Assembly: GCA_907165135.1 (NCBI GenBank)
Contig: OU015567.1
Location: 14,260,001-14,324,000, forward strand
DNA length: 64,000 nt
DNA from: Oikopleura dioica
Lineage: Eukaryota > Animalia > Chordata
Direction of reading: 5' to 3'
Shown piece after piece: positions 52,231 to 64,000 of the stretch. The notes below the pieces were generated by a model. The model saw nothing but the letters and a program-made list of their open reading frames with translations. It was not told the origin of the DNA and made no database searches. How positions within the stretch are numbered: the first letter of the stretch is position 1; every line of letters starts with the position of its first letter. The translations under genes and the position numbers were made by a program.

Positions 52231-55200
52231 TCATTGCATAGTTGGTTCTTTGAGGCGTTGGATAAGGTTGAGTAAAGTTTTGCGATGTCCGATCTTGGTT
52301 ACGCCCATTTCGGTGAGCTCTTCTTTCGTAAGATCCAGCAGGTTTTCGCCGGAAATGTCGTTCTCCTGGAACTCGGAAGAGTACTGCTCGAAGTTGTTAG
52401 CTTCTAGCCACGTGACGACCTCCTTTGTCGTCCAGCAAGAAGCCTGGCGAGTGGAGAGATAAGATGTTTCTTCTGGAAGCGCGTCTCGCTGAAATCGCAT
52501 TTGCAGCTGCAAGAATTGCTAAAAGACAAAAGTCAGGCAAAAGAAGCTTTTATCTTCAATCCATCTATCTGGGGTCAGTCACTCCGGCGCGTCAATTATT
52601 CACAACGCTGGCTAATTAAATCCTCCAACTTGCCTGATGTTTTTCTGCAGTGCCAGATGAGCCAGTCGAGCTGCTGCCGTATGTTTCAGTGCCAGAGTCC
52701 GGCACGTCGAAACGCGGCTCGGGAATTTCGAAGGGGTACTTCGTCTGCGTCTTGCTAACCTGGCTGTCTAATTGAATAAACTCAGGAAGTGGCTACTTAT
52801 GAAGTGAGTTTACCTTGCGGACAGAGATCAAAACGGCGAAGCACTTCTCCTTTGTCAGCCGCTTGCTCGGACAATAACGAGTCGGGACTTTGAGGAGCGA
52901 CTTCTGGCGCTTTTTCGGATTTGGCTTCCTTTTGTGGTTGAAGCGGGGGAGGCGGAAGCGAGCAGTCAGATGGATTCCTGTTTTTGTTGCTGCCATTTTC
53001 TGCGTTTGCGAAGCGCTCGGCGATATCCTCAGCCGTTGGCAAACTCTGCAGCCTTTCTTTTCTAAAACACGATATCAACTTATAAATGTCTTATTTCTCA
53101 ATTAACCTTTTTGTTAACGTTCTGTACTTGGCACTGAGTGCAATCGCGAATGGCGCTGTAGGGTCGAGCGTTTCCTTCTTTTTCGCGATGGCGGAGAGTT
53201 CTCGATCGACTTCTTCGACCGTGTCGTAATTTACAGTTTTAGTCTCGACTTTTGTCAATGAGTCCGATGAATTGAGCCGGCGGATTGACTCTGGTCGTTT
53301 TGGTTTTTCTGGTTTTGGTAGCGTTTTCGATTGGACTGGAATCGTTGGAGGTATTATGGTGGTAGTCGCTGATGATGACGTAGAGCCGGCGAGGGATGCT
53401 GGGGGCTTTGATACAGGGAGGGGAGGAGCTTTTGGGATTTCTACAACGGAAGGTCGCCTGCTGCTATCCTTGCTCGGGTTTGATTGCTGAGGAGAGCCGA
53501 AGGTGCTCAAAGATGGACTAAAGGAATGTTTATATTTCACGTACGCATGTTTGTTGACCCAATTCGAAGATTAAGCCCTACAGTACCTTGAAGGCGGCGT
53601 CTCATTCAGACGCTGGACGTATTGAGAAGCCTGAGTAGAAGTCAATGTTGAATTCAATCTAACCGGGGGCGGCGGCTTAGTCCGTTTTCCTGAAACACAC
53701 AAGCTCGATTTTGGTGTTTTAATTATGGCTTCAGCTGTGCGCTGCCCATTTTGGTAATCAGACTAACCTCCGCTTTGTGTTGACGAGCCAGATTGATCTG
53801 ACGGCGCAGGCGAGGTTGATCGGCTCCCCATCTGAAAATAAGAATTTAATTACGTCTCAATCTTGTCTGGCGATTATTCTCTTCCATGATGTCAGAAAGC
53901 TTACTAGAACTGGTTTACTCGATTTTGGAATTTTTGCCAGCAGCATGTGGTCTCCGCTCTTTTGATTTACGAATAAGGACAATGCGACCAGAAGCGCTCG
54001 ATTTACCACTCATTACGTTACCGCTCTGACTTATACATACAAAAGCGAGAAGATTTATTCATGCACCTGGGTAGCTCGCTTGCTTCCCACAATTATCTTT
54101 GTAAAAAGCGGCTTATCCCTTCCAAATTGGGCTTGAGAACTTACCGTGGTTATGATTGACGAGACGCCTCTTGAGGACGATGAAGTCCTCTCTGGGCGAG
54201 TTCTAGTGTTTGAGGTAGCCGATCGGCCTACCGAACGTTGACCGTGATGTCTTTCGTCCATTTCCTGAAAGTAAAGAATCTATTCCTGCGCTTCTAAGTG
54301 ATAGAGCGAAGCAACTGTGACAGTCAAATGTCAAAAGAGATATTTGACTATTCTCCTAGCATTTTCGAAGACTAAATCAAGGTCAAATAATGACAAAAAC
54401 TTTGAGGTCAACGAACTCAGCTTAATCCTAAGTTAATAGATGCAGCCCTTCGTGAAATCTCCCTAAGTAAATCTATCAAGAAAGCGTTACCTGTATGTCT
54501 TGGGCTGACATTTGTCTTCGTGGTGTGCGAATAATTGTTGCAGTGCCGGTGCCGGAGTCTGAAAAGCATACTCTTGGACGTCGATTCATTTAGCTTTTAT
54601 GCGGTTCGGGGGCGAAAAGGGGAAAAATATAACTGACGAAAGAAAAATGATCTAGGTGTCTTCTGATGATCGATCGAATTGATTCTGGTCACTGTCAATT
54701 TGCTAATTCGGGAGAGCTAAATCCGTACAGAAGCTGGAAACAATCAGATGCGTTTCAATGATCACAGGTATATTACCCCAAGGGGCAATTAAAATAAAAC
54801 TCTCGTTCGAAATGTAAGTCTGAAGCTTTGTTTTACAAAGAGCTCAAGACACCTTTGGGAATAAGGATTTAATTGCAATGCGAATGACTCGTCTTATTCT
54901 CATTATTTCGCGCGCTGTAATAATTCCTTACCGATATTTGTGATTACGCTAGTGGCAGTGATGCGAAGTACTCCGATGGCACCGCGAATGAGATCGACTG
55001 CTTGCCGGTGTCCAGCTCGAATAATTGAGATTCCATTGATCTGAAGCACATTTTCAGCAAAACTATCTTTTGCGTATTGCTGTATTTGAACTTGACAAGC
55101 AAGGCTGAGCAAATTTGGGCAGAGAGCGGCACGTTGAACTTTAATCGTGCCAGATAACTGTCCAGTTTGGAACGCCCCACAAAAGACTGTAAGTAAATTT

Positions 55201-55890
55201 ACCTCGATGATGAAATCTCCATCTCTCAGGCCAGCTTCGTAGGCTGGACCCTTGGGGTCAACAGACTCCAAGTACTGAACAGCAGGAAAGGCAGGAGAAG
55301 GGGTAAATTCGGCAATCGGCCCGTCATTTTTTGCTCCGCGTAGCACGAACCCAAATCCATTCGGCCCACGTTCTACAAAGCAAATTGACAACTGATACAG
55401 TAAAAACTCTCCTAGACTTGTAGTCTCATTACAACCATGATAGAGTCAAATAAAGCATGTTCTCAAAACATGATCGGCTAGCAGAAATAACGTAATTACA
55501 TGTCGCCCAAATTTGCGCAAGTAACTCCAGTTCAAACTCGATAAAAGTATCAGATACTTGAAGTGTTTGCTGTTCAGATAGACAGGATTTTCGAAAATCT
55601 GGAACTCAACTTCCTCCGGATGAAATGGAGTGATAAAATGGAAGTTTAAATTCCTATTTACTCATCGTAAACTTGAACATTCTTCTACGCTAAGAGGATA
55701 TACAGGAACACTGTAAATTCTTATGCTAATCCTAACCCTAACCCTAATACAGTAACAATGAAATAATGCTTACCAATCTCGACCCGACGAGTATGACTCC
55801 TGATATTTTCGTCTCTCATCGATCACTTTTCCATTTCGAGCATTTGAGCAGGAATGAGCGAGTTCTCGTTTTACTCGGGCTAAACGTAAA
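52231..55890 (-). CDS. SHANK: SHANK-like scaffold (PDZ, Pro-rich region, C-terminal SAM); 5' end uncertain, possibly up to about 57370
   Basis: PDZ GFGFVLRGAKNDGPIAEFTPSPAFPAVQYLESVD..GHRQAV is the SHANK-specific PDZ; Pro-rich exons; SAM WTTKEVVTWLEANNFEQYSSEFQENDISGENLLDLTKEELTEMGVTKIGHR. Confidence 0.78.
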
Positions 55891-58800
55891 TTTTTAATTT
55901 CATAATGTTATCTGCTTATACAATGTCGCTTAATCTGTCGCAAAATGTCTACGACTGGCACTCAATTCGTCAAGCCGCTTTTCTACGCAAGTGTCATCGG
56001 AATGCCAGATGGAGCAGAACTTCATCTGACATTTACCCATTCAAAACAGGGCTCAGTTTTATTCTATTTCTCAGATTTCGAAGAACAGGGCATCAACAGT
56101 CTTTCCTTCATGTTTCCTAGGCCGGAAATACCGCCATGGTCAATTTTTTAACGCCTGTAAATGAAATTGAAACAAGAACTCTATTACGTTTTATTTGAGC
56201 TCGTGAAATCATTGTCTGATCTCCGTGTGAATATTTTCAGTCTACTTATTCTTTCTTTACTTAGGCAAATATCGCCACACGCACTATTGGAATTCTCGCA
56301 ATACTGTATTCATATTTTATCATTTTCCATTAATTTTTTGAACTTCAAGCAAAAAGGCAAATACCCAGCTGGGTCATTTGGCATGTTCAACTTTTATCAT
56401 TATTTATGGCCTCGATTCCGCTAAGTGGTTACTGCTCTGAATTCTCAAAAATGTCACAAAAAAAGTCAAGCTGAGCAAATGTTCCCTGTATTCCTCCAAA
56501 ACTCTCTGTCTTTTTTTCTTCCGTGGCTAATATTTGAGGCGCAGGAATCGTGTGTCCGAAAAAGATAGAGCTTCCTCATCAGATTAAGATGATCCTTTAT
56601 CGAATTGATGCCAAACTTACGCCTGTGATTCTAATTAAGTTACTGTATGAGTCGAAAAGAGAGTGCCAAAAGGGAATATCTTTCTTGACGAAAATAATTC
56701 AAAATGAATGAGCTTGGGAATGGCTTTAATCTTTCTGCTGAGCCCGAAGACAAATTATTTGCCCTTCGACTCGGCATCTGTCAAGAAGGAGAAAACGTAC
56801 AGTCCTCTCCCCTCAAGAAAATCTCAAAATCAATTGACGCATTCTGAGCAGATACAGTAAGATCTAGAGTGGATCAAAGTCAAGTCCGAGGGCGCATAAA
56901 ACATTCATCTTTAAAAAAATTATGAACTATTATTCTAAACATTGTTCTCCTTGATTTCGACCTGAATTATTCGTCTGAAATCAAGGAGGAGAGACTCGAA
57001 TGAATTAATTCTGATGGACAAAGACTTTTACACAAACACTCAACTTTGATGTATCAAAAATTCAAGATGTTAGAGGTCTGGCTTAGCGATTAACCCTTAC
57101 TCTTTTTGGCATATTTATCGTTCCGCAAGAAAGTCGTTAAATTAAAAATAAACGTAAAATTAACAAAATCTTGTGAAATTTTTAATGACTTACGTATATT
57201 TCCCAACGACTTTCTCTTTCAAAATAGCTCTTGAACCTAGCCCTTTACCAAATCGGGCGAATGCATTTTCTTATTATAGCCAACGCATGCGTTATTTCTC
57301 ATAAAAATTTCCCGGGCTCGTTGACGCAAACTTTGCGCTATGACTTACCTCTGGAATGTCGTTATGGGAACAGATTTTCTTTTATATTCTTCAAGTGTTA
57401 AGAGGCTCCTTCTCGAAAGAGGGTGAAAGTGAACTTTTACAATCGTCGGTATTTCGGTAAGTAGCGCGTTTTTTTTTCTTTCTCGTGAAAATCTCTTCTA
57501 AATATGGTTTTGCAAAGTCGATAATTGTGAAAATAAAATGTAAAACATTCGATCGGCGCCGAAGCTCTACGATCAGCGCAGCGCCTCCGGCGCGTGACGT
57601 GAAAGTCCCACGAGGCTGCGCCTGAGATGTCTTCAAGCCAACTAAATTCTTTCTTCCAGCGAAATTGAGTTACATTATTACATAAAATATTCGAAAAGTG
57701 ACAGGAACGATCCGGGAATAAAGAGCTGTTTTTTCGTTATTTACCGATATTACAGTCGTCAATTGGACAAGCGCCAAGGCCTCATTTTGAGACTGTCTCT
57801 CTTTTGAATATTCCTTGTCTATCTACTAAAACTGCATGAAAGATCGATGCGTCAAGATTTTATTCGTACATATATCTTTGATTAATTCTAAAGCTTTTAA
57901 TCAACTTAAAAACGCGAGGTGTAAGCCTCAGCCGCGCATCATTAAATTCAGTATTGAAGCTATAAAATTGACGACACGGGCGGCAAGCTAATAGAACCCG
58001 CTGAGTTCAACCTTTTCATCTGGACGAGGCTATAATTTACCAGGGCTTGGGAATTATGGTGCGAGTGGGCTATGATTTCCGAACTGTAGGTCAAGGAAGT
58101 AAAACGACCGAAAGAAAAACATTAGAGTTTTTTAACGGGGTCAAAAGTCAAGAACCCGGATCTTCAATATGCATAGAAAACATAATTCCCTGAAGAGTTT
58201 CTTCCGGCGTTTTAGTCGATTTTCTTTGAGTACTGTTTAACCACCTGTCACAGAGCTGAGATAGAAAAGAAATAATCTTGAACTCTATTTCTGTACTCTT
58301 TTTGCCCTTTGAGATTACAGTGAGAAATGATTTGATGCACAGTAATTTCCATATTTTGAGTCTACTTTAGAGCCACTCACTTCCGCAATGTCAAAAATTA
58401 AGCTCAACAAATAATGATAGCAAAAGAACTTCACCCTCAGAAGCCGCCAACGATGCAACAAAATTTCTACTTACTGCTTCTTATATAAGAGTTACAAGAA
58501 GTTTGAGAGCGATAGAAATGTTTTGCTTCTATCAAATTTCAATCCTGACGTCGACTTCTGCTGTCGATCGAATGTTGATTATTTCCGCGACGGTCGGCAC
58601 GTTCAAACTTGCCATTAACAGACGGTCATGGAAGTGATTAATATTTTTTTGTTTTTAGAAAAAGAAAGAGCTCCCGCAATGTCTTGGCTTTATAATAATA
58701 ACCTGTGGATTGGCATTGTAGTAACCTTGTAATCTGAGTTTTGTCAAAAGGAATTAAAAGTGACGTGAACTTTCTTTTGTCCAAAATTCCGGAGAATTTG

Positions 58801-59307
58801 CCTTGATTCAGTTCTCAGAAAAAAAAATGATTTGAAAGCCATCGGAAGCCACGAGCAAGACTAGTGGAAGTTTCTAGTATCCCAAATGTTGACAAAACGC
58901 GGCGAATCGAGCTGTCAGTTTCCGACCCCCGACAGCAGCCTCGCTACAGGTCAAGGATGAAAAATGTGATCTCGGATTACTAAATTGAATTCCATCCAAT
59001 TCCATGCTCGATTGCCAGGAGCACGCACCCTTATTAGTCTTAAGTCCAGTGCTTAAAACCCAACAGTTCAATAGTTTTCATCTGAATCAATTGAACTCCC
59101 TTGGGACAAGAAAAAAGAGACGTGAAATCATCCTTTTAAAAGCTATCAAGTTCAAGCTCTAAATCTTCAAGGATCGGGCTCTTCTTTTTCAGATTATGGG
59201 AATGGTTTTTGATACAAAGCTATAAATTCCAAAAATAATCTTATGCAAAGTTTTTCGCTGTTTTATGAGCCCAAGAATGAGGTCACGAAAAATCTCCTGT
59301 CAAGAAA

Positions 59308-60336
59308 ATGTCGAGACGAACTGAAATGCCGCCTGACCAAAGGTGGGAAACTCTGAGCATGTTCATATTTGTCCGTTGATAAAGTCACTTATTGCAAAGT
59401 TAAATACCGTGTCAGATAAAGAAACAGCTGCTGTTGACTTGGAAAAAATGTCTGACCAGTGACTAGTGCTTCAAATGTAAAAGACGATCCTGTGACAGGA
59501 GTACTTAAATATTTTTGTCGGATCTATTTTGTTAGCTCTTCTGAATTTTCTTTTTTGGATGGCTTCCAAGTAAACATGAAAAAATCCTTAAAAATTCGAA
59601 AATTTGAAATTCCAATTGAAAAAATCACCCGCGACAATTTCGAGTTGGAAATTTGACATATGTTTGTGATGCTGACAAAACTCATTCCGGCCTGACTGTA
59701 GCTTTCGCATGGTCTCAGGGTTAGACTCATTGACGTTATTCAATTTGTCCAGGGGATTACAGTCTGACATAACAACATACTCCAATTTATCAAAATAATC
59801 ATGTTCTTTCTCTTGAGCACCTGTTACAGTAATTTTCTTTAGCCGATACTCGAAGAAGACATTGATCGGCAATTGGAACGAGGAAAGACAGGAGATCTAC
59901 GCAAAAGACATGCCAAAGGAAGGGTTTTTTTTGGACAAGCAATTCAATTTGCGCAAATAAAAAAATAATCCTCTGAAGGTTTCGACGAACAAAGATGATT
60001 TTTCCCAGCACGAGCCTGAAAGATATCACCAATCTTACAGGTAATCAAAACATATTACTTATCTCCAACATTGCTAGAACGAAGTATGGACACCACCTCG
60101 CGTACCAAAAAATGACCGCTTCAACTGGAAACATGTTCATTTCCGGTTTCCCTGCCCGAAAGCCTGACTACCTAGTAACCACTGGCACAGATCAACCGAC
60201 GACTGACTACAGAGAGAAGAAAAAGACGGGACTCACTGAAGATTTCGGAATCAAGCCTGAACGATTCAGTCACAAGAGAATGAATATAGCAGCGAGGAAC
60301 AAGTCGACAGCCATTTATCCATATGATAAACAATAA
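59308..60336 (+). CDS. Ciliary microtubule-inner-protein-like gene (CFAP107/CFAP68 family); first exon uncertain
   Basis: Exon 59843-59918 encodes RYSKKTLIGNWNEER (GNW..ER motif of CFAP68/107), then VSTNKDDFSQH and a final exon ending TAIYPYDKQ*. Confidence 0.5.
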
Positions 60337-60494
60337 ATTCTATTTTTATGCTTCGCAAAGTCATTTTCTACCAATCGTGAGATCTTTTTCTGTCAAATAT
60401 TTTATTGAAAGGTGTGATTAGCAAATATAATTTGCATTCCAACATAACGCCGAAGACGTCAAAGCTGTCGGGAGGAAAAATTGGTAGAGAAAAG

Positions 60495-61254
60495 ATGTCT
60501 CAATCTCCGACCAAATTTGTAGATATAGCGTACCTCACATCTCCGTTTGGAATTGTCACTTGCTCGTTGTGGTTTTCTTTGACTGTGGCGTTTTCATGTG
60601 TTGCGGCGCAGGGTGTGGGAGCAAGACATGGCCATGAATTTGAATTCTGCTTTATTGTCCAGGTCAGTTGATTTATTAAACTCAAACATCTGAAGATTTC
60701 AGAGTGAAACATCTTTGAATTTAGGTCACTGGATGGGTGATGGTCACTTTGATGATGATCATAATCATGTTCAGCGTAAAGGACGTTCTCTCCGGGCACT
60801 TGGGAATTCGCCCAAGATGGCATCAAGTTGACTTTTGGATAAACCTATTCCTCTCAATTTGCCTTTTTATTGCTGCTTGCTTAGCCTCATCTTCAGACGA
60901 ATTGAAATTTCCGTTTATCGGGCCTGGATTGAAAGCTTCTTGTGCTTTTACTTGGTTTTGTAAGTTTCCGTCTCGGATCAATTACAATTTTTATTTTAAT
61001 AATTCTAGCATTTTTCCTCTCAACCGCCAAGTGGATCATGCTTTTAGAACAAGTTGACGAACTTCCCTGCCCAGACTGGTGGCCCGCAAAGGTATCTTGA
61101 AATAACTCTCTTCCTTGATTTCAACAATTCTTATTAGGGACTCATTATCCCAAGTGACGCTCACAACCCTAAGCCAGAACCTGAGCCAACGCCAAATGAA
61201 GAATCCTACCAAAATAGAGTGATCGAGAATGAAAACTACATTGGCGACGCTTAG
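60495..61254 (+). CDS. Four-TM MARVEL/CMTM-like membrane protein, 4 exons
   Basis: VDIAYLTSPFGIV..F..FEFCFIVQV..WHQVDFWINLFLSICLFIAACL..KASCAFTWF: four hydrophobic helices with MARVEL-like spacing. Confidence 0.6.
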
Positions 61255-61313
61255 CTTTCTTTATTATCGTGTTATCTTTATTGCTTTTAGGAAATAAAAG
61301 TGCTTTTAGACAT

Positions 61314-64000
61314 TTATATGTACAGAAGTATTGTTAGAATTAATATGCTTGTTGTATTGATGATTGGAATCATCGAGGAAGAGTCGGCATCATCGTCTTT
61401 CTTATTCTAAAAAGAGATAAATATAGAAAGTTTTTATTTAACCATACTTTGGCAAATTCCGCTGCGGATAGAGCAGCGGTAAAACACGCATTTCTGTCCA
61501 AGTTGACCGCAGTGTACTTGGTCGCTAGTCGTTTATCGCTGAAATGGCCATCTTCGTCTGGGCCAGAGACAAGTGCACCATTAAGGATCTAAATTTTTGA
61601 TGTTACTTTTTTGCCTGGGTTTTTCATTTCTGAAATCAAACCTGCATGTTTGGGGCGTCGCGATCTTTATAGCCCTCGGAGGTACACTGCAAAGGTCTAT
61701 TCGGACAACTTGCGCCTCGATGGAAAGCTTGGAAGGGATAGCTATCGCCGTAGCCGACAAGGTACGATCTACCAGAGGAGCCAAGAAGATAATCCATCTG
61801 TTTGAAGCCGAATGTTTTCCAAGAAGTTCGAATTCCAGGCTCAATCTTCGCGCTGAGTTTTTCTGCCGCCAGGAAGCATAAGAAAGAAGCGGAGCTTGCG
61901 TATCCAGTTGCCGCGTATTTCGAGGGGAAGGCAAGACCATACACGGTTTTTTGAACATCTTCGGAGTAAAAATCGCAGAAGCCCTTGATTTCGTCCAAAT
62001 GAGTTGTTGTTTCTTCATCTTCCTCAAGCGCCAGCATGAGTTGAACGGCCGCGACTTTTGTATCGACATCAAAAATTTTCGGGTTGCTTTGGAGAGTTTC
62101 TTCGGAGTCAGCAATATTTCGTGCTGTTTCGAGGTAGGTTGTGGCGGAGTCTTCATTTTTCAGCGCTTGATACATCCAAATATTCGCCCAGGCAAGTTCG
62201 TCCTTGAAATTGCTCGTTTGATACATTCCTGCTTCAGGAACATGTTCGGCAAAAAAACCTTCATTATTCTCTGCGAATTGCATGACACTTTCTGCTTTTG
62301 AGATGAGTTTCTGGGAGTATTCTGTGTCGTCAGCAAAGACAATACTGGTCGATGCAAGTGCACAGACTATTTGCGCAGCTAAATCGGTTCCTTCTTGATT
62401 GTCTGTAACTGAGTAAATTGGCCGATTCGCTTTCATATCTTCGGCGCGACCCCAAAACTCATTCTCGTACGTCTGGTTTCCGATAGAGGCGACGATTTTG
62501 GTAGAACGAGCTGCATTGTGAAGCCAGTCAGCACCATGCTTGATGATGTCTTTTACTTCTTCCAAATGTTCCCCGTAAGAATCAGGGTACTCGATGACGC
62601 TCCAAGCAAGCATGGTGATGGAATAAGCCATTGGGAAGGTGTACTTCATGGTTCCTCCGCCGTCAAAGTAACCACCTGTTAAATCTGTATCGTCTCCATC
62701 AATGTCTTTTGAAAATTTTAATCAGGATCTTTATGAAGTACTATACCTTGGATTGTAGCAGTCTTTCTCCATCCTATCGGAAAGTCTTCTGGAATTTCAC
62801 CTGCTCTTTGAGCGTGATAAAACAGGAGCGTTTTCTGAAGCGCATGGAAGTAATCGATTCTATTTCCACTGTCTGGTCTGTCCGGATCGTAACCTTCAGG
62901 ATCAGCTTGACTTCTAGCACCAGATTGACTCATGTCGCCCACTTTAAGACCTTTTCCTGGAGCTAACCGAGGTGGAGGCTTAGCGCCGTATGTCTCGTGG
63001 TCAATCTTGCCAAGAAGCGAGAATAAAAACATCGCATTGTAGTCCATAGCGACAGATGACTGCTGTTGCTTCCAGGGATCATCGTCATATCTATCAAATT
63101 CATCGGGACCACCAACCAATGCTCCATCAAGCTGATGTCGATTTGGAATTCCTGTAAACGAACCGCAGGGCTCTGGCTGCTCGGGACAGAAGGATTCTTT
63201 GTGATAGTAGCGCGTCGGATAGTCGTTTCCGTATCCAACAACATATGATCTTCCATTGTCCCCAAGAATGTAATCAAGCTGACTTTGTCCGAGAACAAAG
63301 TTCGCATCAGGATCAATTTTCATTTGAGCAGCCATGAAGCATAAACCAGCAGCTGCAGCAGCATGTCGAAGAGGTCCCCAATCGTTGAGATAGAGTAAAC
63401 CAAGGGGAGTTCGCTTAGCTTTGCCACCGTAACCTTTATCTCGGCAGAAAAGACGGAAAGTATTCTTATATCTGGCTGCTTGTGCTTGCTTTGAAATCTC
63501 CGCCATCAAGTAGTGAACAGCTGGTGTCTTGTTTTCCCAAGAAAAGGAAGAAATGTCTTTCTCAAGATGTTGATTTTTGTAGACTCCGACGGCATTGATG
63601 AGATATCTCTGCTTTCCAGTTGCTTTATAAAGCCAAATAGCAGCCCAAGCAAGCTCGTCATAAAATCCCTTGAAGGATTTGTACGCTTTTGCTGCCTCTA
63701 ATCAATAATTATAAATTCGATTATTTGAATTAAGCAAAGTACCTTTGAAAGTCTGGTCATACTTTCGCCGCTGATCAGGTTTCCACGCCATCTCAAACAG
63801 CTCCATAGCATGTCTTCGACAATCATCAGCGTAATAAGCATCGATTTCAGCAAAAACAATTGACGTGGCGGCCAAAGCAGCGGCAGCCTCAGCAACTGGC
63901 TCAGTTCCTTTGTGATTTACATCAACTTTGTAGCTCTTTCTTTGGGATACCCTCCGTGTGCCGGGAAAACCTCCGTGTGCCGGGATTCTCGGTCAAAATC
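61314..64000 (-). CDS. Tandem GH9 (endo-1,4-beta-glucanase family) domain protein with GPI-like C-terminus; 5'-truncated by the window
   Basis: Two successive GH9 (alpha/alpha)6 repeats (DELAWAAIWLYKATG..SWENK..QLDYILGDNGRSYVVGYG..GALVGGPD..DYNA; then YFHALQKTLLFYHAQRAG..DLTGGYFD..KYTFPMA..DELAWANIWMY..DYLLGSSGRSYLVGYG..HRGASCP..GALVSGPD). Last exon DDDADSSSMIPIINTTSILILTILLYI*. Confidence 0.88.

Noticed and set aside
55726-55747. CTAATCCTAACCCTAACCCTAA telomere-like repeat
   Set aside because: Only two perfect hexamers; expected by chance or slippage and too short to call an interstitial telomere.
57391-59071. Scattered short ORFs between SHANK and the CFAP-like gene
   Set aside because: I could not build a consistent exon chain or find any recognisable motif.
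59588-59872. 94-aa minus-strand ORF
   Set aside because: It overlaps the plus-strand exon carrying the conserved GNWNEER motif; no independent support.

Overview
Compact, intron-rich animal genomic DNA with about 17 protein-coding genes. Short (mostly 35-60 nt) introns, several GC/GA-AG introns, splice acceptors directly upstream of start codons, very short intergenic spacers and a GH9 cellulase-family gene point (by inference) to a larvacean tunicate such as Oikopleura. In order: PA2G4 (3' part), a class A GPCR (-), GFPT1/GFAT, CNOT1, a diverged NWD-like WD protein, SNX1/2, a MITE-rich spacer, a BCL9/legless-like gene, then ten co-oriented genes (orphan TM-polyCys protein, ARFGAP1, LOTUS+Tudor TDRD5-like, EIF4E2, NOX-A, PSMA7, NOX-B, ARL6IP1, TRIAP1, PIGM), a SHANK-like PDZ-SAM gene (-), a CFAP107/68-like gene, a MARVEL-domain gene and a tandem GH9 gene (-) running off the right end. 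The strongest leads are: (1) a tandem GH9 protein with a GPI-like tail whose visible catalytic acid/base residues are all substituted, a candidate cellulose-binding pseudo-enzyme; (2) an unannotated in-frame 57-nt exon in GFAT at the position of the vertebrate muscle-specific GFPT1-L exon, plus a 24-nt microexon; (3) a clustered hairpin MITE family with an 8-bp target-site duplication and AP-1 motifs around BCL9; (4) two intact NADPH oxidases flanking PSMA7 in an operon-like run. Exon structures were derived by eye and family assignments rest on remembered motifs; no database search was run.
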